Source: Candidatus Heimdallarchaeota archaeon
GTDB lineage: Archaea > Asgardarchaeota > Heimdallarchaeia > Heimdallarchaeales > Heimdallarchaeaceae
Assembly (NCBI GenBank): GCA_018238545.1
Contig: JABCTC010000011.1
Span: forward strand, 5,245-69,244
DNA: 64,000 nucleotides
Direction: 5' to 3'
The position numbers and the translations under genes are program-made. Positions 1-9,756 of this stretch are shown here, one piece after another (position 1 is the stretch's first letter; the number at the start of each line of letters is the position of its first letter). The notes below the pieces were generated by a model that was not told the origin of the DNA, did no database searches, and saw only the letters and a list, made by a program, of their open reading frames with translations.

Positions 1-73
1 AGAGAAATGTATACACTGTGGATTATGTGAATCACGTTGTCCCCAGGATGCAATATATGGAGTGCTAAAATGA
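1..73 (+). CDS. C-terminal fragment of a 4Fe-4S ferredoxin-domain protein (gene begins upstream of the window)
   Basis: Frame 2 reads EKCIHCGLCESRCPQDAIYGVLK followed by TGA at 71-73. It carries the CxxCxxCxxxCP cluster motif. The stop overlaps the next start (ATGA at 70-73). Confidence 0.5.
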   Translation, partial: EKCIHCGLCESRCPQDAIYGVLK

Positions 74-1281
74 ACAATCACATATTGAAATGTATAACTT
101 GTAAGAAAGAATTTGATCCAAAACCCGGTCTCTATTATTGTGAAGATTGTGGTCAGATTATGGGTACCTTAGAAGTAATCTATGATTACGAGACTATCAA
201 AGAGAAATCAAATATCAAAGATATGAAATTCGATAAAAAAGCTTCCATGTATCAATTTAATTTTCTACTACCAACAGAATCAAAATTGAAGTTTGATGAA
301 TATGTAGGAGGCACTCCATTGTATAAATTTGACCTTCTTGGAATCAAGGATGTTCTTCTAAAATACGATGGCTCCAACCCCTCTAGTTCATACAAAGACA
401 GAGCAAGCTCTATAGCTATTAATAGAGCTCTTGAAGAAGGAAATGATACTGTCTTCTGTGCTTCAACTGGCAATGCGGCAGCATCTCTTGCGATGCTAAA
501 TGCTCAAACTAAAATGGAAACATACATCTTTGTTCCATCAACTATCCCTAATGGGAAGCGAGCTCAACTCGAGATATCGGGGGCAGAGGTTATGGCAGTG
601 GAAGGAACCTATGATGAAGTCTATGATTTGTCTCTGGAATTAGGTTTGAAGAAAGGGTGGTACTGCAGAAGTGCTGCAATTAATCCATATTTATTGGAAG
701 GAAAAAAAACTGGAGCATTTGAAATAATAATTCAAAACGATTTCAATGTACCAGATTATGTTCTTATTGGTGTAGGAGATGGAACAGTAATTAGCTCTCT
801 TTACAAAGGATTTTGGGAATTCAAAGAAATAGGTCTGACAGATAAGATTCCCCGTATTATTGGAGTTCAAGCTGAAGGTATACCAGCGATAAAGAAAGTA
901 TTTGATAAAGGTAAACCCTACATACCTCAAACTATCGAGGGTAATACTGTTGCTGATAGTATCTCTGTTGGTAAACCACGTGATGTCATTAAAGCGTGTA
1001 CCTATATTGAAGCATGCAATGGTTATTTCATCACTCTTACAGACGAAGAAATTTTAGATGCCATAATCGAATTAGGAAAAGAGACTGGGTTATTTGCTGA
1101 ACCAGCTGGAGTAGTTCCTTATGGTGGGCTGAAAAAGCTTATTTATGAAGGAAAAATAACCAAATCAGATACTGTTTGCCTTGTCATAACCGGTAATGGT
1201 CTCAAAGATGTTAATGCAGTTGAAGGTTTGATAAACACAGAATCTTTAACAGTTAAAGATTTAGAAAAAAGGTTTGAATGA
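70..1281 (+). CDS. Threonine-synthase-like PLP-dependent (fold type II) enzyme with N-terminal zinc ribbon
   Basis: The ORF track gives 37-1281. The ATG at 70 (MNNHILKCITCKKEF..YYCEDCG) fits the ATGA overlap with the upstream gene. It has a CxxC..CxxC ribbon, GGTPLY, the PLP-lysine motif SSSYKDRAS, and a Gly-rich loop GVGDGT. Confidence 0.7.
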   Translation: MNNHILKCITCKKEFDPKPGLYYCEDCGQIMGTLEVIYDYETIKEKSNIKDMKFDKKASMYQFNFLLPTESKLKFDEYVGGTPLYKFDLLGIKDVLLKYDGSNPSSSYKDRASSIAINRALEEGNDTVFCASTGNAAASLAMLNAQTKMETYIFVPSTIPNGKRAQLEISGAEVMAVEGTYDEVYDLSLELGLKKGWYCRSAAINPYLLEGKKTGAFEIIIQNDFNVPDYVLIGVGDGTVISSLYKGFWEFKEIGLTDKIPRIIGVQAEGIPAIKKVFDKGKPYIPQTIEGNTVADSISVGKPRDVIKACTYIEACNGYFITLTDEEILDAIIELGKETGLFAEPAGVVPYGGLKKLIYEGKITKSDTVCLVITGNGLKDVNAVEGLINTESLTVKDLEKRFE

Positions 1282-2642
1282 TGAAATTTATTCTTAACCA
1301 AGAAATAATAGAAATAGATGAACCATTAGGTAGCTCTACACTTGATTTCCTAAGAAATAAAGGTGTGAAAGGAGTTAAAGAAGCCTGTCATGAAGGAGAT
1401 TGTGGGGCATGTATGATTCTTGTAGGAAAACTAAAAGATGACGAGTTAGTTTATCGCGCAGTCACATCTTGTATACTTCCGCTTGGAGAAGTTGAAGGCA
1501 AACATGTAGTTACAATTGAGGGGTTAAATCAGAAAGAGTTGAACCCTATCCAGCAAGCTCTTGTCGATACAGGAGGGGTGCAATGTGGGTATTGCACACC
1601 AGGATTTGTTATAAGCCTTACTGGTCATTTTATGAATAGTGAGCTTGAAAATGATAATATTCTTACAGCTATTGAAGGTAATGTTTGCAGATGTACAGGA
1701 CATGCTTCAATTATACGTGCTGCAAATCTTCTATCAGACAAGTATTCATCAGTAAAAGAATCTAAACAACAGTGGACAAAAGCTCTTATTGATGTTAGAA
1801 TTCTTCCTTCATACTTCTCAAATATAGCAGATAGATTGAGAGAGTTGAAAAAAACACCTCAACAAACTAAAGGTAGATTTATCGCTGGAGGGACAGATCT
1901 CCTTGTACAGAATGAATCAATTGAAAATCCTGTATTTTTATCAGAGATGAATCTAGCCAATATTTGGTCGGATGCGAATTATATTTATGTTGGAGCAATG
2001 GCAAACACAGAAAAAATACGCTTATCTACAGATTTGAACAAGGTTCTAGACATAAAGAATCATCTTTTTACAGTATCTTCGCTACCCATCAGAAAACAAG
2101 CAACTATTGGTGGGAACATAGTAAATGCTTCACCTATCGGAGATCTAACGATATACTTTCTTGCACTTGATGCAGATATTAGTATCCTAAATGGTGAAAC
2201 AAGTAGAATAATCAAACTCAAAGATTTTTACAAGGGATACAAAATTTTAGACCTTGAAAAAGGAGAAATACTTGAATGGGTTAGAATCAGAAATGAGGAG
2301 AAACTTTTTTCGTTCGAAAAAGTAGCTAAAAGAGAACATCTTGATATTGCAAGTACCAACAGTGCTCTTTCATTAACTTTAGAAGGAAAAATAATCAAAG
2401 ATATTCATTTATCTGCGGGGGGTGTTGGACCAATTCCAATGCATTTAGATAAAGCCTCATCCTTTCTTGAGAATAAAAAAATAGATGCTTCAATAATAAA
2501 GGAAGCTGCACTAATAGCACTGACAGAGATCAGTCCAATTGATGATGTTAGAGGTTCAGCTAAATACAAGAGTTTACTATTACAACAATTAATCTATGCT
2601 CACTTTCTGAAGCTATTTCCTGAAATGGAGGAATTAATATGA
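1278..2642 (+). CDS. xdhA: Xanthine dehydrogenase-family Fe-S plus FAD subunit (two 2Fe-2S motifs fused to an FAD-binding domain)
   Basis: Motifs: CHEGDCGACMILVG, CGYCTPGFV, NVCRCTGH, then FIAGGTDLLV and the C-terminal DDVRGSAKYK. The ATGA start overlaps the upstream stop at 1278-1281. Confidence 0.8.
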   Translation: MMKFILNQEIIEIDEPLGSSTLDFLRNKGVKGVKEACHEGDCGACMILVGKLKDDELVYRAVTSCILPLGEVEGKHVVTIEGLNQKELNPIQQALVDTGGVQCGYCTPGFVISLTGHFMNSELENDNILTAIEGNVCRCTGHASIIRAANLLSDKYSSVKESKQQWTKALIDVRILPSYFSNIADRLRELKKTPQQTKGRFIAGGTDLLVQNESIENPVFLSEMNLANIWSDANYIYVGAMANTEKIRLSTDLNKVLDIKNHLFTVSSLPIRKQATIGGNIVNASPIGDLTIYFLALDADISILNGETSRIIKLKDFYKGYKILDLEKGEILEWVRIRNEEKLFSFEKVAKREHLDIASTNSALSLTLEGKIIKDIHLSAGGVGPIPMHLDKASSFLENKKIDASIIKEAALIALTEISPIDDVRGSAKYKSLLLQQLIYAHFLKLFPEMEELI

Positions 2643-4882
2643 AAAATGATCTTACACCTCCACATACACGAGGAGAATCAATATTCGTTGATGATATCCC
2701 TGAACCCGAGAACTTACTACACGCTGCTGTTTTTGCATCAAATATTGCTCATGGTAAAATAGCTAATTTGGATATATCAGAAGCTGAGAAATCTGAAGGA
2801 GTTTGCAGAATATTAATAGCGAAAGACATTCCCGGAGAAAATCAGATAGGGGGAGTAATACAAGATGAAGAACTCCTTGCTGATGAAGTGGCAGACTTTA
2901 TTGGACAACCTGTTGCAATAATCCTAGCTGAAACAAAAAAACAGGCAAGAGAAGCTCTTACTAAAATAAAGATAACTTATGAAGAATTACCTGCAATCTT
3001 TGATCCTCGAGAAGCGGCCAAGAAAGGCTCGTTAATTGCCCCTTCGCGAACATTTACCCTTGGCGATGTTGATTCTGTATGGGAAAAATGCGCCACAGTA
3101 GTAGAAGGTCGAGCTGATTCTGGAGGACAAGAGCACATATATTTTGAAACACAAAGTGCATTAGCTATCCCAGGTGAAAGTGGAAGAATAACAATTTATT
3201 CAAGCACTCAATCTCCTACACTTGTTCAAAGAATAACAGCACGTATCCTTGGTTATGATATGAACCTAATTGAAGTGGATGTGAAGAGACTAGGAGGAGC
3301 TTTTGGTGGTAAGGAGGATCAAGCTAATCCATGGGCTGCCTTCTGCGCTCTAGGTGCCTATCATACTGGTCGTCCAGTTAAACTAGTTCTAGGTAGAACT
3401 GAAGACATGCAAATGACTGGCAAGCGTCATCCTTACTCAACTGATTACAAAATAGGGCTCAATGAAGAAGGAAAAATTCTTGCATTTGAAGCTGATTATT
3501 ATCAGAATTCAGGCGCAAGTGCTGACCTCTCTACAGCTATTCTTGGACGAACTATGTTCCATGCAACTAATGTTTACTACGTACCTAATGTGCGAATAAC
3601 AGCTTATCCTTGTAAAACTAACCTCGCACCATTTACAGCTTTCAGGGGTTTTGGAGCGCCTCAGGGGATGTTTGTTATGGAATGCGCATTATCTCATGCT
3701 GCAGATATTACAGATATACCTATTTCAGTTTTACAAAAAAAGAATTTACTCGAAGAAGGGGATCAATTTCCTTACGGTATGCGCATTGAAAGGTCTCAGA
3801 TAAAGAGAAGTTTTGATGAAGTTGTTTTAAATTCTAAATATGAAGAACTGAAGAATAAACAGGAAATATTTAACGAGAAACATCGATTTACTAAAAAAGG
3901 AATAGCTATCATGCCCGTTTGCTTTGGAATATCATTCACAACCACAATGTTAAATCAAGCTGGGGCACTTGTTCACATCTATACTGATGGTAGCGTCAGC
4001 ATAAGCACAGGAGCAATTGAAATGGGACAAGGCGTGAATATGAAAATCAGGACAATTGCTGCTCATGCTTTATCGATCAATATTAATCGAATTCGTATTG
4101 AAAGCACAAATACAACTCGTGTTGCTAATACATCACCAACAGCTGCTAGTAGTGGTTCTGACCTTAATGGTAAAGCAGCAGAAATAGCTTGCACCAAAAT
4201 AATAGAGAGATTAAGAAATTTGGTTTCTGAAAAATTGGGTAGTGGATTGATAACCATTAAAGATGAGATTATCTACTCTGAAGGAAAGAAAGTAGATATT
4301 ACTTGGGAAGAACTCATATGGTTAGCTTATACGAAAAGAATAAATCTCTCTGCTCAAGCACTTTATGCTACACCAAGAATCTATTTCGATAAAAAGAAGG
4401 AGAAGGGAAGACCATTTGGTTACCATGTTTACGGAACAGCTGTTACAGAGGTAACAGTCGATTGTCTTAGAGGAACATATGTTGTAGATAAGGTGCATAT
4501 TGTTCATGATGCTGGCAGAAGTTTAAACTATCTAATTGATATTGGTCAAACAGAGGGAGGATTATTGCAAGGAATCGGTTGGATGACAATTGAAGAGTTA
4601 GTTTATGATAATGGAAAACTTCTTTCTAGTGCTCTTGCAACTTACAAGTTTCCAGACCTTCACTTTACACCAGAAATTGATGTGACTTTTCTTGAAGATG
4701 CTGATAATCCTGAAGCTGTGATGAAATCAAAGGCTATTGGAGAACCACCGTTTATGTATGGAATCGGGACTTACTTTGCACTAAAGAATGCTGCTAGGTC
4801 ATTTCGCAAAGATAAGGAGTGGGAATATTCTTCTCCTCTTACACCAGAAAAACTCTTACTCTATCTTCATGAATTGGAGTAA
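2639..4882 (+). CDS. xdhB: Xanthine dehydrogenase-family molybdopterin-binding large subunit
   Basis: Motifs: GGAFGGKED, TAFRGFGAPQGMF, and KAIGEPPF (catalytic Glu region). Length is 747 aa. ATGA overlap at 2639-2642. Confidence 0.85.
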   Translation: MKNDLTPPHTRGESIFVDDIPEPENLLHAAVFASNIAHGKIANLDISEAEKSEGVCRILIAKDIPGENQIGGVIQDEELLADEVADFIGQPVAIILAETKKQAREALTKIKITYEELPAIFDPREAAKKGSLIAPSRTFTLGDVDSVWEKCATVVEGRADSGGQEHIYFETQSALAIPGESGRITIYSSTQSPTLVQRITARILGYDMNLIEVDVKRLGGAFGGKEDQANPWAAFCALGAYHTGRPVKLVLGRTEDMQMTGKRHPYSTDYKIGLNEEGKILAFEADYYQNSGASADLSTAILGRTMFHATNVYYVPNVRITAYPCKTNLAPFTAFRGFGAPQGMFVMECALSHAADITDIPISVLQKKNLLEEGDQFPYGMRIERSQIKRSFDEVVLNSKYEELKNKQEIFNEKHRFTKKGIAIMPVCFGISFTTTMLNQAGALVHIYTDGSVSISTGAIEMGQGVNMKIRTIAAHALSININRIRIESTNTTRVANTSPTAASSGSDLNGKAAEIACTKIIERLRNLVSEKLGSGLITIKDEIIYSEGKKVDITWEELIWLAYTKRINLSAQALYATPRIYFDKKKEKGRPFGYHVYGTAVTEVTVDCLRGTYVVDKVHIVHDAGRSLNYLIDIGQTEGGLLQGIGWMTIEELVYDNGKLLSSALATYKFPDLHFTPEIDVTFLEDADNPEAVMKSKAIGEPPFMYGIGTYFALKNAARSFRKDKEWEYSSPLTPEKLLLYLHELE

Positions 4883-4903
4883 TAAATCAAAACTAAAGTA
4901 AAG

Positions 4904-5875
4904 ATGTTTGTTATGAATGAAAAACAATTTTGGGAAATGGTTCTAGATACTCTGGAAGAAGGAAATAGTGCAGTACTTGTTGTTATAATCGATAAGAAAG
5001 GATCTGGACCAAACTTACCAGGAGCAAAGATGTTTGCAACATCAAATGAAGTGAGTGGAACTGTAGGAGGAGGAATCTCTGAACTTAATTTACTAAATCA
5101 TGCTAGGAGATTATTGAAAGAAGGAAAGATTGCCACTGAAACTATCCTCCTAGAACACAGTGAAACTGCAGAAGAAAATCGTTCAGGTATGATCTGTTCT
5201 GGTTCGCAGACTTTCGCATTAGTTCCTCTATCAACTTTGGATAAGAGCACTATCAAAGCAATAATAGAAGCTTATGATGAAGTAAAAACAGGCATAATTG
5301 CCTTAAGCGAAAAAGGAATCAGTTTTGATAGAAACAAATCTTTAACGGAAGATAGAGTTTTTTCCACAGAAAACGAAATATGGCTGTATCAAGAAAATAT
5401 TGCACAGCAAGATAAACTCTTTATTATAGGAGGAGGGCACGTATCACTTGCTTTATCTCGGGTCATGAAAACACTGGATTTTCATATTACAGTTTATGAT
5501 GATAGAGAGAATCTACCAACCATGAACAACAACACATTTACTCACAAAAAGCAAATTCTAAGTTATGACGATATTGCTGGAAATATCCCAGAAGGAGATA
5601 ATATCTATGTTATTGTTATGACTTTTAGACATTTTTCAGATGAAAACGTACTTGAAAGGATTATTTCTAAGAAGTGCAGGTATATTGGAATGTTAGCAAG
5701 TATAAAAAAAGCAGAAACAATTTTCTCTAATCTTGATAAAAAGGGTGTTTCAAAAGATCTTCTTGATATAGTTCACTCTCCCATCGGTATAAAAATCCAA
5801 AGCAATACTCCTGAAGAAATTGCCATAAGCATAGCTGCAGAAATTATCCTCACCAAAAATTCTAAGTCCAAATAA
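4904..5875 (+). CDS. xdhC: XdhC/CoxI-family molybdenum cofactor insertion chaperone
   Basis: N-terminal XdhC-like region followed by a Rossmann-like segment LFIIGGGHVSLAL. It lies directly downstream of the xdhAB-like genes. Confidence 0.65.
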   Translation: MFVMNEKQFWEMVLDTLEEGNSAVLVVIIDKKGSGPNLPGAKMFATSNEVSGTVGGGISELNLLNHARRLLKEGKIATETILLEHSETAEENRSGMICSGSQTFALVPLSTLDKSTIKAIIEAYDEVKTGIIALSEKGISFDRNKSLTEDRVFSTENEIWLYQENIAQQDKLFIIGGGHVSLALSRVMKTLDFHITVYDDRENLPTMNNNTFTHKKQILSYDDIAGNIPEGDNIYVIVMTFRHFSDENVLERIISKKCRYIGMLASIKKAETIFSNLDKKGVSKDLLDIVHSPIGIKIQSNTPEEIAISIAAEIILTKNSKSK

Positions 5876-5901
5876 AAAAAGGCATAATTTTTACCTTAAT
5901 C

Positions 5902-6240
5902 CTATACTGAAATTATATCAAAATCATCTTTTACCCAGTTTTCCAATGGAGTGTGACCGAATAAATCGTCATGGACAGGTAATTTTTGTCTTTCAGCCGA
6001 ATCTAAGGCTCCAGTAGCTTTTGCGCACACTTTACAGACAGAGAAAATTAATTTATTCTCCTTCATCTTTTCAAATTTATCATTCCTATTTTCTTCATAA
6101 GTTGGAATTAATTTGCACCCTTCACTTTCAAAGACTACACCTACTTTGTAACCTTTTTCAAAAAAATCTAGCACATTCATCATTACATGAACAAATGTAC
6201 CTTTGTTTGCAGACCATATCACAAATAATAGCTTCTTCAT
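5902..6240 (-). CDS. DsrE/DsrF-like small sulfur-relay-family protein (tentative)
   Basis: 112 aa with an MKKLLFVIWS.. beta-alpha start and conserved Cys residues (EGCKL, CKVCAK). Assigned on overall resemblance only. Confidence 0.4.
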   Translation of the reverse strand: MKKLLFVIWSANKGTFVHVMMNVLDFFEKGYKVGVVFESEGCKLIPTYEENRNDKFEKMKENKLIFSVCKVCAKATGALDSAERQKLPVHDDLFGHTPLENWVKDDFDIISV

Positions 6241-6293
6241 TTGGATTCCTCTGTAACTGTAAAGGAAAATTGTTTAAAACACTTTTCCTTCAA

Positions 6294-9200
6294 TTATATG
6301 AATCGTTTTCTAAGAAGATATTTTTTGTTAACAAGAGTGAAAACTGTATTCAAAATATCATCTAATTCTACATTTTGGAATTCAGTTATTATTGAACTAA
6401 CAGATACTGATTCAGATTTTACTATATAGTTAGTAATTTTCACATTAATATCTTTTAGTTTCTTAATATCCTTCTTCTTTTTATCATTCAATTGCAGTGG
6501 GAAGAATAACCAAATATACAAAGTTTCAGCAATTTTGTCTTGAATTAGATTCTTCTTTTCAACATAAGGATCCATTTTGCCATCCCATACACCCTCTATT
6601 GAGAAGGAATATTCAAACCACATTATTAAATCAAACAATCTAGATGTAAGTTCACTGCTTATCTCCTCAGATGAAAACATGAAAACTGAATACTGTTCAG
6701 CACTAGCAGTATTAACTACAAAATTTCTGTATTCTAGTTTCTTAATCCCACCGGTACCCATTCCTCCAATTTGTTTACCCATTGAAGCTACTACTGAGAG
6801 AAAACCTGTAATCAGCGAAGTATCTACAGTCTTCTTGTACTCAATATCATATTCAAACACTGGAAGGCTTGTCTCATTGTGAATGAATAGAAGTTTCCTA
6901 AGAGACAAGATATTTTCAAACAATGCTACAAGATTCGATCCTTCAGAAACGTCAACTATATCCCCTTTACCTTTCCCTCTTTTATTTCCAACAACAGCAA
7001 CAATTGATATTATCGCGATCAGAACGATTGAAACACCTATGATTACACCTATCAAATAAGGAGGAAATTCAGAAGGAGGAGTAGTAGGGGGGGGAGTAGT
7101 AGGGGGGGGAGTAGTAGGGGGGGCAGTTACTTGATTAATCACAACATCAAATGTTGTTTCAAGTTTCTCGTTGCTATAACTAGATTTGAAATGTGATTTT
7201 GATATATCCAATACTAAATCAAATTCATTGAATCGAATTGCTTGAGAGGAGATAGTAACATAGTTAATCTCATCTTCATAATTAACATAATAATCTTCTT
7301 GAGCCACTATTGCTCCTTGGATTACTATTGACAATTCGCTTTCCGATACCTCCATTGGGTTTCGGTCAGCATCAGTTTCATTGATCAATCTGAAAGATAT
7401 GATCAAATCTTCAGTAGAGTTGCTTTCTATAGAAGTTTCTATAGGTTCTACAGAGAATATATTGAATATTTCAAGATTAAGAATCACATGATGATTTTCT
7501 AATAGGATGCTCGTTGTAGTAAGCTCAATTGTATAAGAACGAGCTGTAATATTATCATCAAAGGTAATACTGTGAAAATCATTATTGGAGGTTAAATTCC
7601 CATTATCTCCCCAACTTGTTTGATATTCGATTGTGGTGTTTTCTATTATTTCTCCATAACTAGTAAAGAAAGGTTCACTTAACTTGTAATAGCTACTATT
7701 AATAAAAAGTTCATCCCCATTCTGTCGAACTATGGTTTGGGTAACGTTACTTACCCAATTACTGTTATCAGGAATTTCCTCCCATTCAACATTGAAGTAA
7801 GTAGAAGCTTGGACATAAATTGGTTGAGAGTAGATACCTATTTCTGTACCGTTGTTCCAATAAACAAATGCTGTCCAGATTCCTTCAGGGTCGCTTCCAT
7901 AAACGGAAGGATCAAGGGTTATCTCAGATGAGTATAACCCTGGACCATCTGGTGTGAAATCTAGAAGAGTATATGGGGACAAATCAGTATAAGTCAAATT
8001 GATTGGAAGACTTGTTTTTAGAGCAATTATCTCTCCATCAGGGTTGAATAAAGTAAAGTTTAGTGTCCCTGAAATGGTATTTTCTATAAGTGTTATTGTT
8101 GAGTAAATGGTAGAACCCTCATAACCTGTAGCATTTATTCCATCTGTAGTCCAATGACCTAAGGAAAACAGATTTGTTGGTTCCTCTTCATTTGATAATT
8201 CCAGTGATTGAATGAAATTAGGACTAGAAGTTTCTAACCTAAAATACCCAGCTGACACATTAGAGTCTAAATAACATAGATAAGTATCACTGGAAAGTAT
8301 AGTTGGAAAGGTATCAGTATCATTATAATAACAAATTGGACTATCGTTCCAATCACTTATTGTTGCTACATGTATCATTCTCTCATAAATTGAGAATGTG
8401 GAAGGATCTACAGATGAAACATCCCAAGTTAAGTTCCAATATATTGAGTAATCTCCAGCTGTTGAGTTAAATGCCGCAAAGTAAGAATCAGCAGTTATTG
8501 AGTTTATGAAACTGTAAGAGTTGTTGAAGGTTATTTCTAAAGAAGTGTCACTTGTTAGATTATGTAGACCTATTGAAGTAATTTGAGAATCTATGTCTAG
8601 GACATCAATGTCATTATCCTTCAATGTAATTCTATTTAAGTCTTTGAATTCCATTGCTGAACCAGTTTGATTTGAAGGTAGTAATTCAACATTTAAAGTA
8701 AAATCAACAGATGGAAGATAATTCCAAGTTAATAGATTGTCCATGTAGTATGAATCACCGAGATATGGGGGCACTGAATTACTATGCCAAAAATAGAATT
8801 TAGGACCTATTGAAGTGATATCTGTAAAAGTTGCAATAACATAATATTTCCCTTGATCTAGAATTATATCTGTAAAATCATAATACAAGAATCCCGAGAT
8901 AATTTGATTAGTAGTATTATAGGGTCCATCAACACTTGATGAGTAAATTTGACTCATATTAGGCTGACCAGAAATTTCATCTGCTTTGACAATAATTAAG
9001 TCAAAATCGTTTATTCCTGTCTGGCTTCCATCTGTACTCAGATGAAGTTCTGCACCATAAAACATAGCATATTCCCAAGGAACATTGAAACTTTGTGCTA
9101 TAGCATGTTTAGTATCGTCTAGATGATCGTCACCATCTTCTTCGAGTTCAATCGGATAAAAATCTTGTTTAGCAAGAACTTGTGTCATATTGTAGTTTAA

Positions 9201-9569
9201 CAAAGAAGAATCGTAAGCTGAAGCGATATCAACATTCGTAAAATTATCTTCAAAATATCCAGTTAAAGAATTATAGGTTAAATTAAGAGAAAAATCGTCA
9301 TAAACAGTTAGTATATCTTCAACATTAACATTATTTCCTGAACCACTTAGATTTGTTACAGGAGTATATGGAAAAGAACTGTAATCTTCGAGTAAATTTG
9401 GCATTTGATCTACTGGATTTATTTGTTCTAGATTATCTTTACCAAGGAAATCATTAGTGTTTGTAGCTGTTAAGCCTTTTAGACTTGTAAGAGTAATGGA
9501 AAATATAAATAAATATGCTAAAATGATAATTGATGAAACTTTTGACCCTTTCGATAAACCCCTAAACAT
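6294..9569 (-). CDS. Large single-pass membrane protein: signal/anchor, ~800-aa sequon-rich ectodomain, PTTPP stalk, TM helix, 230-aa cytosolic module (paralog family member 1)
   Basis: N-terminal hydrophobic segment SSIIILAYLFIFSITL. More than 20 N-x-S/T sequons by eye. Stalk PPTTPPPTTPPPTTPP, then TM LIGVIIGVSIVLIAIISIVAVVG. The C-terminal module aligns with 9757-10449 and 13364-14047. Confidence 0.85.
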   Translation of the reverse strand: MFRGLSKGSKVSSIIILAYLFIFSITLTSLKGLTATNTNDFLGKDNLEQINPVDQMPNLLEDYSSFPYTPVTNLSGSGNNVNVEDILTVYDDFSLNLTYNSLTGYFEDNFTNVDIASAYDSSLLNYNMTQVLAKQDFYPIELEEDGDDHLDDTKHAIAQSFNVPWEYAMFYGAELHLSTDGSQTGINDFDLIIVKADEISGQPNMSQIYSSSVDGPYNTTNQIISGFLYYDFTDIILDQGKYYVIATFTDITSIGPKFYFWHSNSVPPYLGDSYYMDNLLTWNYLPSVDFTLNVELLPSNQTGSAMEFKDLNRITLKDNDIDVLDIDSQITSIGLHNLTSDTSLEITFNNSYSFINSITADSYFAAFNSTAGDYSIYWNLTWDVSSVDPSTFSIYERMIHVATISDWNDSPICYYNDTDTFPTILSSDTYLCYLDSNVSAGYFRLETSSPNFIQSLELSNEEEPTNLFSLGHWTTDGINATGYEGSTIYSTITLIENTISGTLNFTLFNPDGEIIALKTSLPINLTYTDLSPYTLLDFTPDGPGLYSSEITLDPSVYGSDPEGIWTAFVYWNNGTEIGIYSQPIYVQASTYFNVEWEEIPDNSNWVSNVTQTIVRQNGDELFINSSYYKLSEPFFTSYGEIIENTTIEYQTSWGDNGNLTSNNDFHSITFDDNITARSYTIELTTTSILLENHHVILNLEIFNIFSVEPIETSIESNSTEDLIISFRLINETDADRNPMEVSESELSIVIQGAIVAQEDYYVNYEDEINYVTISSQAIRFNEFDLVLDISKSHFKSSYSNEKLETTFDVVINQVTAPPTTPPPTTPPPTTPPSEFPPYLIGVIIGVSIVLIAIISIVAVVGNKRGKGKGDIVDVSEGSNLVALFENILSLRKLLFIHNETSLPVFEYDIEYKKTVDTSLITGFLSVVASMGKQIGGMGTGGIKKLEYRNFVVNTASAEQYSVFMFSSEEISSELTSRLFDLIMWFEYSFSIEGVWDGKMDPYVEKKNLIQDKIAETLYIWLFFPLQLNDKKKKDIKKLKDINVKITNYIVKSESVSVSSIITEFQNVELDDILNTVFTLVNKKYLLRKRFI
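7078..7122. repeat. Three perfect tandem copies of a 15-nt unit (ggagtagtagggggg) containing G7-G8 homopolymer runs; encodes the (PPTTP)x3 stalk on the minus strand
   Basis: Read directly at 7078-7092, 7093-7107 and 7108-7122. Confidence 0.9.
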
Positions 9570-9756
9570 GTTACTACTCCTATGGTTATTCTATGAATCG
9601 CTTATTTAAAGTTCTTACAAAGGCAACTTTCCTTATAAATAAGGTTCATTGTATCTAATTGAAGTACAACTGACTTAACTCTACTCCTTTAATTCTTTAA
9701 ATAGATATCTAAAAGGAGATGAAGTGGTGATTTTTTTCTCAAACTATTAAGCAGGA

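Noticed and set aside
252-930. Antisense ORFs 252-473 and 691-930 inside the ThrC-like gene. Similar antisense or alternate-frame ORFs occur at 1964-2170, 4063-4507, 6577-6882, 7737-7931, 9872-10789, 12351-12536, 14509-14703, 15520-15756, 17591-17938, 18603-18964, 20648-20908, 21877-22065, 35889-36113, 37487-38326, 39895-40170, 42414-43307, 45624-45821, 47530-47856, 48993-49226, 49804-50373, 52013-52246, 52643-52849, 54129-54350, 55800-56072, 57069-58007, 58568-59017 and 61520-61906.
   Set aside because: Each lies entirely within a longer ORF on the other strand or frame that has clear family motifs. Their translations are low-complexity or hydrophobic noise, typical of AT-rich DNA.
5902-6240. 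Linking the DsrE-like gene and XdhC-like gene to a selenium-dependent molybdenum hydroxylase system
   Set aside because: No selD, yqeB or yqeC-type markers, and no Sec-related elements, are visible in the window. The idea rests on weak family resemblance only.
6021-6429. ORFs 6021-6365 and 6241-6429 on the + strand between the DsrE-like gene and the giant surface-protein gene
   Set aside because: They overlap the better-supported minus-strand genes on both sides, and their translations look like antisense noise.
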